Assembly (NCBI GenBank): GCA_965372335.1
Contig: CBDVBX010000001.1
Span: 1-50,835 of the forward strand
Source of the DNA: an uncultured bacterium
GTDB taxonomy: Bacteria; Krumholzibacteriota; Krumholzibacteriia; WVZY01; JAKEHA01
Direction: 5' to 3'
Length of the DNA stretch: 50,835 nt
Every line of letters starts with the position of its first letter. Positions within the stretch are counted from its first letter, which is position 1. Positions 43,503 to 50,835 of the stretch are shown one piece after another. A model generated the notes under the pieces. The model was given only the letters and a program-made list of their open reading frames with translations, was not told where the DNA came from and did not search any database. A program made the position numbers and the translations under genes.

Positions 43503-45986
43503 TTGAGCAACGGCAAACTGATACAAATACTGCCCTTTCTGGACTGGTTCCGCACCTACAACATCGGTCGGTTTCGTATGGACTTCGTGGGCGGCTTGAC
43601 CGTCGCCCTGGTGCTCGTGCCACAGTCGATGGCCTACGCGCAGCTCGCCGGGTTACCCTCGTACTACGGGCTGTACGCGGCGTTTCTTCCACCGACGATC
43701 GCCGCCCTGTTTGGGTCTAGCCGGCAGCTCGCCACCGGTCCGGTAGCGGTGGTGTCACTCATGACGGCCACGGCCTTGGAACCTCTTGCCACGGCCGGCG
43801 GTCCTCAGTATATCGCCTACGCCATTCTGTTGGCGTTGCTGGTCGGCGTATTCCAGCTCGTCTTGGGATTACTCCGGCTCGGCGTGGTGGTCAATTTCCT
43901 TTCACACCCGGTGATCATAGGTTTCACCAATGCGGCCGCGCTGATCATCGCCACCTCCCAGCTCAGCAAGTTTTTTGGCGTCACCATCGACAACGCGGAT
44001 CACCACTACGAAACGGTCTTCGATGTCGTCAAGTCCGCTGTCCACTACACGCACGTGCCAACAATATTGCTGGCGGTGCTGGCTATCGCCATCATGGTGG
44101 TTTTGAGGAGAGTCAACCGGCGGATTCCCAACGTGCTGGTGGCGGTGATGGCAACGACCGTGATTTCTTGGGCTGTCGGTTTCGAGAAGAACGCCCTTTC
44201 CGACCTGGACCACATCCGTGACGATGTCACGCAGCACCTGGTTCCCCAATACTGCGATGCCGTCCGTCAACTCGATCAAAAACTCGAAAATCGCGTTCAT
44301 TTGCGGACACTGTTCGAGCGGGCGGCGGATTCGAGTGGGGTTCAAGACGTGAGAACCTTGGAACTGCGTCAGCAACTGGAGCTGCTCGGCATCGAAATCG
44401 AGCACCGAGAAGAAGAAGTGCGGCACCTGAGGTACCAACTTCGCCACCGCCTCTTTGCGGCTTTTCAGGGTGATGATGGGCAATTGTGGTTTCAACCGCA
44501 GGAACTGGCAACGGACCAATCCGGCAGGTACGGCGGAACGTGGCGGTTGAGGGTGGGCAACCAGGAGCTCGACCGGGGAGCGATGGTAATGACTGGGGGC
44601 GGCGCTGTGGTCGGCAATATCCCCAAGGGTCTGCCCGCCATCACGATTCCCAAGGCGGACAAGTCCGCAATTCTCCGCTTGTTCCCCATGGCCATGATCA
44701 TTTCTCTCCTGGGGTTCATGGAGGCGATTTCGATCGCCAAGGCCATGGCAGCCAAGACCGGACAGCTGCTGGACCCAAACCAGGAACTGATCGGGCAGGG
44801 GTTGGCCAACATCGTCGGCGCAGCGGGTCAGAGTTATCCGGTATCTGGCTCTTTTTCCCGGTCGGCGGTCAACCTCCAGGCGGGTGCGTACAGCGGCCTG
44901 TCGAACGTCATCAGTAGTCTGGTCGTGGTTATCGTACTGCTCTTCCTCACGCCGCTCCTGTACCACCTGCCGCAGTCAGTGTTGGCTTCCATCATCATGA
45001 TGGCGGTGATCAGCCTCGTCGGCGTCAAAGCGTTCGTCCACGCTTGGCGTGCCCAGCGTCACGATGGATTCGTTGCCCTCATCACTTTCGTGGGCACCCT
45101 GCTTTTTGCCCCGCATCTAGACCGTGGCATTCTCATTGGCGTAATTCTTTCACTTTTGTTGTATCTGATCCGAAACATGAAGCCGGCCCTCGCTATGCTG
45201 TCCCTCCACACGGACGGTACCTACCGCGATCGCATGCGATTCGGTCTAATGCAATGCCGGTATGTTGCTGTTATCCGTTATGGAGGATCGCTGTTCTTTG
45301 CCAACGTGAGTTACCTCGAAAACAGCGTGCTCGAGACCGTCCGCGCTATGCCAGAACTCAAGCACGTCATCATCGTTGGGAACGGCATGAATGAAATCGA
45401 CGCATCCGGCGTGGATGTTTTGGGGACGCTCCTCGAACGGCTCCACGGCCAGGGGTTGCGGGTGTCTTTGAGCGGATTGAACGACCGGGTCATCGAGACG
45501 CTGAGTCGGTGCGGACTGCTCGCAAAGATCGGCGAAGAGAATCTGTACCGTAACGCTTCGAGGGCCATCAACGCCATCTGGGAATCTGCCCATGAAGGCG
45601 GTGATGAAGCGGAATGTCCGCTCAGGATGGTGCCCACTATGAGACTGCCCGTTTCCGAAGACGCCGCCCATCGGATGGATGAGAAGTGGTTGCAAGCCGG
45701 CGAAGCCGGCAGATCGGGTCCGGGCGAAACAGCCCCCATTCCCCCCCAGGCCCAAACCATTAAACAAAAAACAGTTACGCTCACTATCAGCGGAATGATC
45801 GACAACACCTGTGCCGCGAAAGTCGAGAGGGCGTTGGGGAGGGTGCACGGGGTTGTTCACGTAGAAACCAATTATGAACTGGGACGGGCGCTCGTCAGCG
45901 TCGATTCCCAAGCATCTCCCGACGCGGCCGCTTTGATCGAGGCCGTGAAGAATGCAGGCTACACCGCGGCGGTTGAAGAACGATAG
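43503..45986 (+). CDS. SulP/SLC26-family anion transporter with a STAS domain, a ~140-aa internal insertion and a C-terminal HMA-like domain
   Basis: LPFLDWFRTYN...GLTVALVLVPQSMAYAQLAGLP is the SulP N-terminal signature. The STAS region is YVAVIRYGGSLFFANVSYLEN...IIVGNGMNEIDASGV. The last ~70 aa (TLTISGMIDNTCAAKVERAL...AVKNAGYTAAVE) have the HMA fold pattern. A non-ATG (TTG) start is implied. Confidence 0.85.
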   Translation: MSNGKLIQILPFLDWFRTYNIGRFRMDFVGGLTVALVLVPQSMAYAQLAGLPSYYGLYAAFLPPTIAALFGSSRQLATGPVAVVSLMTATALEPLATAGGPQYIAYAILLALLVGVFQLVLGLLRLGVVVNFLSHPVIIGFTNAAALIIATSQLSKFFGVTIDNADHHYETVFDVVKSAVHYTHVPTILLAVLAIAIMVVLRRVNRRIPNVLVAVMATTVISWAVGFEKNALSDLDHIRDDVTQHLVPQYCDAVRQLDQKLENRVHLRTLFERAADSSGVQDVRTLELRQQLELLGIEIEHREEEVRHLRYQLRHRLFAAFQGDDGQLWFQPQELATDQSGRYGGTWRLRVGNQELDRGAMVMTGGGAVVGNIPKGLPAITIPKADKSAILRLFPMAMIISLLGFMEAISIAKAMAAKTGQLLDPNQELIGQGLANIVGAAGQSYPVSGSFSRSAVNLQAGAYSGLSNVISSLVVVIVLLFLTPLLYHLPQSVLASIIMMAVISLVGVKAFVHAWRAQRHDGFVALITFVGTLLFAPHLDRGILIGVILSLLLYLIRNMKPALAMLSLHTDGTYRDRMRFGLMQCRYVAVIRYGGSLFFANVSYLENSVLETVRAMPELKHVIIVGNGMNEIDASGVDVLGTLLERLHGQGLRVSLSGLNDRVIETLSRCGLLAKIGEENLYRNASRAINAIWESAHEGGDEAECPLRMVPTMRLPVSEDAAHRMDEKWLQAGEAGRSGPGETAPIPPQAQTIKQKTVTLTISGMIDNTCAAKVERALGRVHGVVHVETNYELGRALVSVDSQASPDAAALIEAVKNAGYTAAVEER

Positions 45987-46010
45987 CTTTTAAAGAAACT
46001 CTCGCATTGG

Positions 46011-46502
46011 CTACCCTCCAGTCGGCCCGGACCTCTGGCGAAGGATGTGTTCGCAAAACGGATCCCCCTGCGGTATGGAGCGACCGATCCGGTATTCGAG
46101 GTTTTCGTCCAAAGTGGTCACCAGGGCTTGTTCCATGCACGTGTGGGCCCGACAGATCTCGTCGCGGGAAAATGGGTAAGGACAACGGTGCACGGCGATG
46201 ACCAGCCGGTCGTGGGCAAATTCCCGGACCTCCCAATCGTCACTAACCATGTCAAACACCCTGAGGAGATATTTCCCTACTTGAGCCACGCCTTTGAGAT
46301 CTCCCGTCTTTTTCACATTCTTGCCGATCTCTGCGCCGTACCTGCGGCTTACCTCCCGGATCAGGTCGAGCCCATCATCCCCGAATCGTTCGTAGACGGC
46401 CTCGTAAATGTCGCATAGGCGCCTCATGTAACCGGGCACAGCGCGGTGGTATTTCTCAGCGAAGCTTAATCTCTCAAAGGCTAGTTCGTCTGGCAGATCC
46501 AT
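46011..46502 (-). CDS. Small Cys-containing protein, possibly of the L-2-amino-thiazoline-4-carboxylic acid hydrolase-like family
   Basis: 163 aa from ATG 46502, with AAGGAG 8 nt upstream. The track start at 46565 would overlap the permease gene. The AVHRCPYPFSRDEICRAHTCMEQALV...DPFCEH pattern recalls PF14196, from memory only. Confidence 0.4.
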   Translation of the reverse strand: MDLPDELAFERLSFAEKYHRAVPGYMRRLCDIYEAVYERFGDDGLDLIREVSRRYGAEIGKNVKKTGDLKGVAQVGKYLLRVFDMVSDDWEVREFAHDRLVIAVHRCPYPFSRDEICRAHTCMEQALVTTLDENLEYRIGRSIPQGDPFCEHILRQRSGPTGG

Positions 46503-46545
46503 ATCTCTACTCCTTGGCCGTATTTGTTCCGATTTGTCGCCATGG

Positions 46546-47874
46546 CTACTCCAACCCGAGTACATCGTTCAGACCGGCGACGGCCTCCTGATTGGACGGC
46601 GCGGCGAACGGCTGGTCGATGTCGTACGGCACCTCCCGCCCGGTGACCTCCTCTAGCTTGTCGACGATCGTCAGACGGAACAACAACGGCGGGTCGCCCT
46701 TCAAGAACTCGATCGCCATACGCACGCCCAAACGAACGTCGACCTCGAGTGTCCGGCATGCGACCATGCTGTGCTCCTCCGCATCGGTGGCTCGTGTGTA
46801 TATCGCCTCCAGTTGTTCGATATCACTGATCGTCGCCAACCACTCGACGTCAATTTCATCGCGCTCGTTCTCGCTATCGCCCGCGGGTTCGGGAGCCGAT
46901 TCTGCATCGTGTGAATGCGAGTGCGTGATAGAGCCGGCGCTCGGCGCTTTCCCAAAACCACCCGTGGGGCCGGAACCGCGCGCAATAGAGCCGGCGGCGA
47001 ACCAACCGCCTAGGGCCACTGCGATGATCAGCCACGCGGTCGCCGTCGCTATTTTAGCGACCCGGACTAGCCTTAGCAGACTGACAACAATAAGCGCTAC
47101 GCCGAGGAACAACGCGATAGAGGGACCGACGGAGAAATCGTAGCGATCGGCGAACAACAGGCCAAGCGCGGAGGACACGGCGCCGGTCCCCCACGCGACC
47201 AGCAGACGCCCCGTCCATCCGGATGCGAACACGGCCGACAGCGTCGCCGGCATGATGAGAAAGGTAAACACGACGACCACGCCGGCGATCCGGACGGCCA
47301 TCGTGATCACCACGCCGACCAGCGCGTAGAACAAAAAGTCCCATCCCAACGTGTTGTACCCCCCGGCGACGGCATCTTCGTAATTGTCCGAGATCATCCG
47401 GAACGGTTTGCGGAACAGAAAGAAGCACAAGCCGACGGCTGCGAACACACACGCGCTCCACACAATTTCGCTCCACGTCGCCCACAAGATGCTGCCGGCC
47501 AGCATCTCTTGTATGTGGACATGCCCGCCCGGGGCGACACCGACCAGGAACAGCGCTGCCGCGGCGGAGACGGCGTAGGACACGCCGATAACCGCTTCCA
47601 GCGGGATCTGTACGACCCTACGACGGACGATCGCAAAGAACGCGGCGGCGATGATCGTCGAGGCCATCGCCAGCGCGTGGGCGTAGAGCGAATGCCCGTG
47701 TAAGTGGAAGATCACGTGGGCCGCGATTGCACCCACGGCGGCGATCTGTGCCAACGCGATGTCGACGAAGATGATCTCGCGTTTGAGCACGTGGATGCCA
47801 ATGTAACCCAGAATCGCGAGCATAACCAGGCAGGCGAGGAAAGGCAGCCCCTGAATGCCGATGATTTCCAACAT
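46546..47874 (-). CDS. Metal ABC transporter permease (ABC-3/ZnuB/TroD-like) with a ~150-aa C-terminal soluble extension
   Basis: About 8-9 TM helices over aa 1-275, in the ABC-3 pattern. A His-rich linker (GSITHSHSHDAESAPEP) follows, then a non-membrane domain of unknown family. Confidence 0.8.
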   Translation of the reverse strand: MLEIIGIQGLPFLACLVMLAILGYIGIHVLKREIIFVDIALAQIAAVGAIAAHVIFHLHGHSLYAHALAMASTIIAAAFFAIVRRRVVQIPLEAVIGVSYAVSAAAALFLVGVAPGGHVHIQEMLAGSILWATWSEIVWSACVFAAVGLCFFLFRKPFRMISDNYEDAVAGGYNTLGWDFLFYALVGVVITMAVRIAGVVVVFTFLIMPATLSAVFASGWTGRLLVAWGTGAVSSALGLLFADRYDFSVGPSIALFLGVALIVVSLLRLVRVAKIATATAWLIIAVALGGWFAAGSIARGSGPTGGFGKAPSAGSITHSHSHDAESAPEPAGDSENERDEIDVEWLATISDIEQLEAIYTRATDAEEHSMVACRTLEVDVRLGVRMAIEFLKGDPPLLFRLTIVDKLEEVTGREVPYDIDQPFAAPSNQEAVAGLNDVLGLE

Positions 47875-47894
47875 CGTTTACTGCTTCCTTTCCA

Positions 47895-48707
47895 TCACGC
47901 GACCTGCCGTCGGAAGGAGCGGACGACGACGGCTGCGAGAAAAAAGAGCCCGAGGGACAATACCAAGCTGGGACCGTAGGGCAGATTCCAGTTGTACGAG
48001 GCGATCAGGCCAACCAGGCAGGCCACCAGTCCGACGGCCCAACCAAGGACCACGGCGCGGATCCATCCCGTCAAAAACATCGCGGCGATGGCGGCCGGTA
48101 TCATGAGAAAGGAATACGCCAGAAGCACACCGGCGATGGGAACGATCATCACGGTGATAATCCCCTGAGTGACGAAGAACAGAAAGTCCCACCACCGCTG
48201 ATGCTTTACGAGGTCGGGGCTCTCCGACAGTCCAATAAACCTGTCCCGGTACCGATAGTGAAACACGATAAGCCCCGCATACGCCGCGACGGTGATACCG
48301 ACGAGCTTCCAACTGACCCACAGCATGGAACCGGTGAGCGTTTTGGTGACATACGCACCGCCACCCGAGAGTTTGTCTCCCAGAAGCAACGAGGCCACCA
48401 GCGCCAGTGCGAACATAATGCCGATCACCGCCTCGCGCGGAATCAACGGGTTCTTGGGTTTGACTACCGCAAGGAGCACCGAACCGATCAGCACGGTGAC
48501 TAACGATACCAGGTACGAGCCCCCCGTCGCGTACTTCATGCCCAGGGCGATGCCGACAAGGGCACCGAGGGCGGCCTGCTGGGCGAGCACGAGGTCGCAG
48601 AAAATGATCGTCCGCCGGATGATGTGCAAACCCATGTACGTGTGCAGGACGAGCACGACGGAGATCAACGTGAGCTGCACAGCGAAGAACTCGAAGGCGC
48701 CGCTCAT
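47895..48707 (-). CDS. Metal ABC transporter permease (ABC-3/ZnuB/TroC-like)
   Basis: 270 aa and multi-TM. Resembles the N-terminal part of the neighbouring permease. 4-nt overlap with the SBP gene stop. Confidence 0.85.
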   Translation of the reverse strand: MSGAFEFFAVQLTLISVVLVLHTYMGLHIIRRTIIFCDLVLAQQAALGALVGIALGMKYATGGSYLVSLVTVLIGSVLLAVVKPKNPLIPREAVIGIMFALALVASLLLGDKLSGGGAYVTKTLTGSMLWVSWKLVGITVAAYAGLIVFHYRYRDRFIGLSESPDLVKHQRWWDFLFFVTQGIITVMIVPIAGVLLAYSFLMIPAAIAAMFLTGWIRAVVLGWAVGLVACLVGLIASYNWNLPYGPSLVLSLGLFFLAAVVVRSFRRQVA

Positions 48708-49846
48708 TTCGACCTCCCGCCCGAGTGGTGCCGGTCGTCGTGGTGCCGGTCATCGTGATGACGTTGGCGCTGGTGGTGAAGGCGATCGCCATCGATGAGC
48801 CCTTTGTCCAAAGCGGCAGCGAGTATTCCGTCGACCCAGTAGTCGACGAGCTGAAAGTAGTCGCCCACGCCGGGAACACCTCCAACGTAGAGCGGGACTA
48901 TCACCGGGGCGGCGTCGACACGGCCGGCCACCGTGCGAATCTTCTGTTCGTCGAAGTAATTCGCCGCCAGCAGAATCTTGATTTGCTGAACCCGCATCAG
49001 ATCAACGAGGTGGGTCACGTGCTGGGGCGAAGGCGGGATCCCCGGCTTGGGCTCGACGGTGCCAGCCTCCTCCAGGCCGAACAGTCGCACGAAGTACACC
49101 CAGTTCTTGTGGTAGGTCACGATGGGCGTACCCCGCAGCGCCAGCATCTCGCCCAGCCAACCTCCGAGATAGTCGATCAGCGGCTTTCCACGGAATTCGA
49201 GCTCTTCGAGGAAGGATATCAGTGTTCCTTTCTCGGCGAGTTTGCACAGCGTCTCACCGCCGATAAAGTCCACGAGTTCGTCGCCGAAGAGACTCCGATC
49301 GATCCAGTCGAGCAGTGTGTCGAGATTGGCGTTGTAGTAGTCCTTGCCTTCGGGGTCGTTTTTGATCAGTCCGATGGTGATGTTGCGGGCGGCGACTCTC
49401 ATATTGATCGGACTGCAGTTGATATGCGGATTGCCGTAGATGTGGACGCCGCCTTCCGATCGCGACATCACCCTTGGTTTCTCCAAAAGATTCATACCCT
49501 GAGCCGCGGCGACGTATCCCGGTTCACCACTGCGGACGCGCGTGTTCCCCGACTTGTCCACCACGGTGGGAAGCCACAGCTCGAGGTCGAGGCCGGTAGA
49601 AATCAGGAGTTCTGCGCTGCGCACCATAGTGACAAACGACGGTTTTGGACGGATAAAGTGCGCATCCTGGTCGCCTCGTACGATGGCCGTCACCTCGACA
49701 CGGTCACCGCCGATGAACTCGGCGAAAAATTTGTAGTCGGGCAGGGTGGTGACGACCCGGAGCGGCGTGTCACCGTGCACCGGCCCGCCGAGCCCTGCGA
49801 CCACGGCGAGAGCCAATATCACTATCAATAGTTTGTTCATGACCAC
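48704..49846 (-). CDS. Metal (Zn/Mn-type) ABC substrate-binding protein (ZnuA/TroA family) with a His-rich C-terminal tail
   Basis: Signal peptide present. VVTTLPDYKFFAEFIGGDRVEVTAIVRGDQDAHFIRPKPS...ELLISTGLDLELWL fits cluster A-I SBPs. The tail is HHQRQRHHDDRHHDDRHH. Confidence 0.85.
   Translation of the reverse strand: MVMNKLLIVILALAVVAGLGGPVHGDTPLRVVTTLPDYKFFAEFIGGDRVEVTAIVRGDQDAHFIRPKPSFVTMVRSAELLISTGLDLELWLPTVVDKSGNTRVRSGEPGYVAAAQGMNLLEKPRVMSRSEGGVHIYGNPHINCSPINMRVAARNITIGLIKNDPEGKDYYNANLDTLLDWIDRSLFGDELVDFIGGETLCKLAEKGTLISFLEELEFRGKPLIDYLGGWLGEMLALRGTPIVTYHKNWVYFVRLFGLEEAGTVEPKPGIPPSPQHVTHLVDLMRVQQIKILLAANYFDEQKIRTVAGRVDAAPVIVPLYVGGVPGVGDYFQLVDYWVDGILAAALDKGLIDGDRLHHQRQRHHDDRHHDDRHHSGGRSK
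48725..48754. repeat. Tandem 15-nt direct repeat (GTGGTGCCGGTCRTC x2) encoding the duplicated (R)HHDD(R) unit of the SBP His-rich tail
   Basis: Read directly: gtggtgccggtcgtc / gtggtgccggtcatc. Confidence 0.7.
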
Positions 49847-49860
49847 TTCTCCTTATTCGT

Positions 49861-50835
49861 CTAATAACGTTCGTGCTTATGCGGGCCGGCCGCGAAAACC
49901 ATCTGTAATGTAACGAAGTGGACATCCGGCCCCACCCCCTTACCCTCCTCATAAGAATATCCTCCCCTGAACTTCACGAACGGGCTCTGCCACCAGGTCA
50001 GCCACGCGCCAACCAGCTGCCGGTAGGCGCCGGTCTCGGTGACCGCGTGGGGAGCGAGCGACAACTCGTCGTTCAGGGACGCGTAGTCTTTCGCATCGGG
50101 CGCGAAGTAATCGTAGCGAGCGCCGATCTCAACTGTGCGCGACACTTTCGCCTGAAGCTGGGAGTAGAGTCCCCACGGCTCGAGCTGGTCGGGACCCGAA
50201 CCGTCGGGAGCGTAGATCTTCTTGTCCAGGTAGTACCCCTCACTCCGCCACTCGATATTGCGGTAACGCATTCGATCGGTGGGCTCCCAAAGCAGCACGA
50301 GGTCGACTCCGTAAACGACTGTGGTTTGCGTGTCGTCGAAGGTCGTGACGGTTCCCGCTGTGTCGATCATGGCCCAGGAGTTGTTCCACCCGACCAATCC
50401 CGTCAGACCTATCTGGACGTATGTACTGGGGGAAACGTCGTAGTACGCCACGTAGCGGCCCAGAATACTGGGGAGGTTATCCGTGTTCTGTCCGAACACC
50501 TGCGGGTTGCGGGCGTCTGTCACCTGGGCCCACAGGCCGTGGACGACGGATCCGGTCGAAGCGGACCAATCGAGTGACAATCCGATCTGGTTTAGGCCAC
50601 CCGGACCGAAAACTCCCCGGAGCGCCAGTGGGAAGTTGAACCAATCGAGCGCGTGAAGGTGCCACCGGTTGACGACACCAAACTGCTGGCGGAATTTGCC
50701 GAGGGTCAGGTTTATATTCCACACAACGCCGTAGCGCGTGAAGTAAGCCTCTCCCAACTCCGCGTCCACGATGCTGATCGGCACCGCCGCCTTGAACCGC
50801 GAGTAGGGATCCAGGTAGGCTTCGAAATGGAGGCC
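49861..50835 (-). CDS. Putative outer-membrane porin-like beta-barrel protein. The 5' end lies outside the window.
   Basis: The reading frame stays open to the window edge (GLHFEAYLDPYSRFKAAVPISIV...), so the track M at 50784 is an internal GTG. It shows an alternating-strand pattern with many Y/W/G residues. It ends 14 nt upstream of the SBP gene, so it is probably in the same operon. Confidence 0.6.
   Translation of the reverse strand, partial: GLHFEAYLDPYSRFKAAVPISIVDAELGEAYFTRYGVVWNINLTLGKFRQQFGVVNRWHLHALDWFNFPLALRGVFGPGGLNQIGLSLDWSASTGSVVHGLWAQVTDARNPQVFGQNTDNLPSILGRYVAYYDVSPSTYVQIGLTGLVGWNNSWAMIDTAGTVTTFDDTQTTVVYGVDLVLLWEPTDRMRYRNIEWRSEGYYLDKKIYAPDGSGPDQLEPWGLYSQLQAKVSRTVEIGARYDYFAPDAKDYASLNDELSLAPHAVTETGAYRQLVGAWLTWWQSPFVKFRGGYSYEEGKGVGPDVHFVTLQMVFAAGPHKHERY

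Noticed and set aside
1-50835. Search for CRISPR arrays, rRNA or tRNA genes, long direct or inverted repeats and intact mobile elements
   Set aside because: I recognised none by eye. The only repeats found are the 15-nt tandem duplication in the SBP tail and short palindromes. The only mobile-element trace is the decayed IS3 OrfA fragment. A tRNAscan/Infernal run would be needed to exclude small RNAs formally.

Overview
GC-rich (roughly 55-60% by eye) chromosomal segment from a diderm bacterium. The gene content (sigma-54 regulation, a Tat-exported Fe-S protein, an octahaem cytochrome c, NrfD, Omp85-type proteins) suggests an anaerobic or microaerophilic lifestyle. I support about 40 genes. 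I recognised no rRNA, tRNA or CRISPR array.

Layout, left to right:
(1) A NYN/LOTUS gene (partial) and yajQ.
(2) A minus-strand envelope operon: two beta-barrel OMPs, a PlpD-type patatin phospholipase and a 1010-aa PLD-like protein.
(3) A protein-thiocarboxylate cysteine operon: a JAMM protease, a CysO-rhodanese-E1 fusion and CysM. It is preceded by a leader carrying a promoter-like element and an intrinsic terminator.
(4) A CDGSH Fe-S protein and an HD-domain protein.
(5) An octahaem cytochrome c / 4x[4Fe-4S] / NrfD quinone module.
(6) The most unusual block, 16.3-33 kb. A GAF histidine kinase and an NtrC-type sigma-54 activator sit upstream of a tightly packed eight-gene operon. It encodes a small Cys-rich protein, a NuoE-like protein, a NuoF-GltD fusion, a 2Fe-2S/4Fe-4S protein, a lone GltB-type FMN subunit, two PPDK_N (PEP/pyruvate-binding) paralogues (one with an N-terminal sensor module and a C-terminal nucleotidyltransferase) and GdhA.
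(7) A decay zone: an IS3 OrfA remnant, a frameshifted PPK2 pseudogene and a lower-GC methyltransferase.
(8) A Ser/Thr kinase translationally coupled to an OMP.
(9) A five-gene two-component cluster that reads as a His-Asp-His-Asp phosphorelay with a ChpT-like degenerate kinase, plus a cytidylate-kinase-like response regulator.
(10) A SulP-STAS transporter with a large insertion and a degenerate HMA domain.
(11) A metal ABC uptake cluster (porin, His-rich SBP, two permeases) with no ATPase gene.

All functional calls come from motifs I read in the translations and from remembered family signatures. No database search was run. Coordinates of non-ORF features were counted by hand and cross-checked against ORF-track frames, so they could be off by 1-2 nt.
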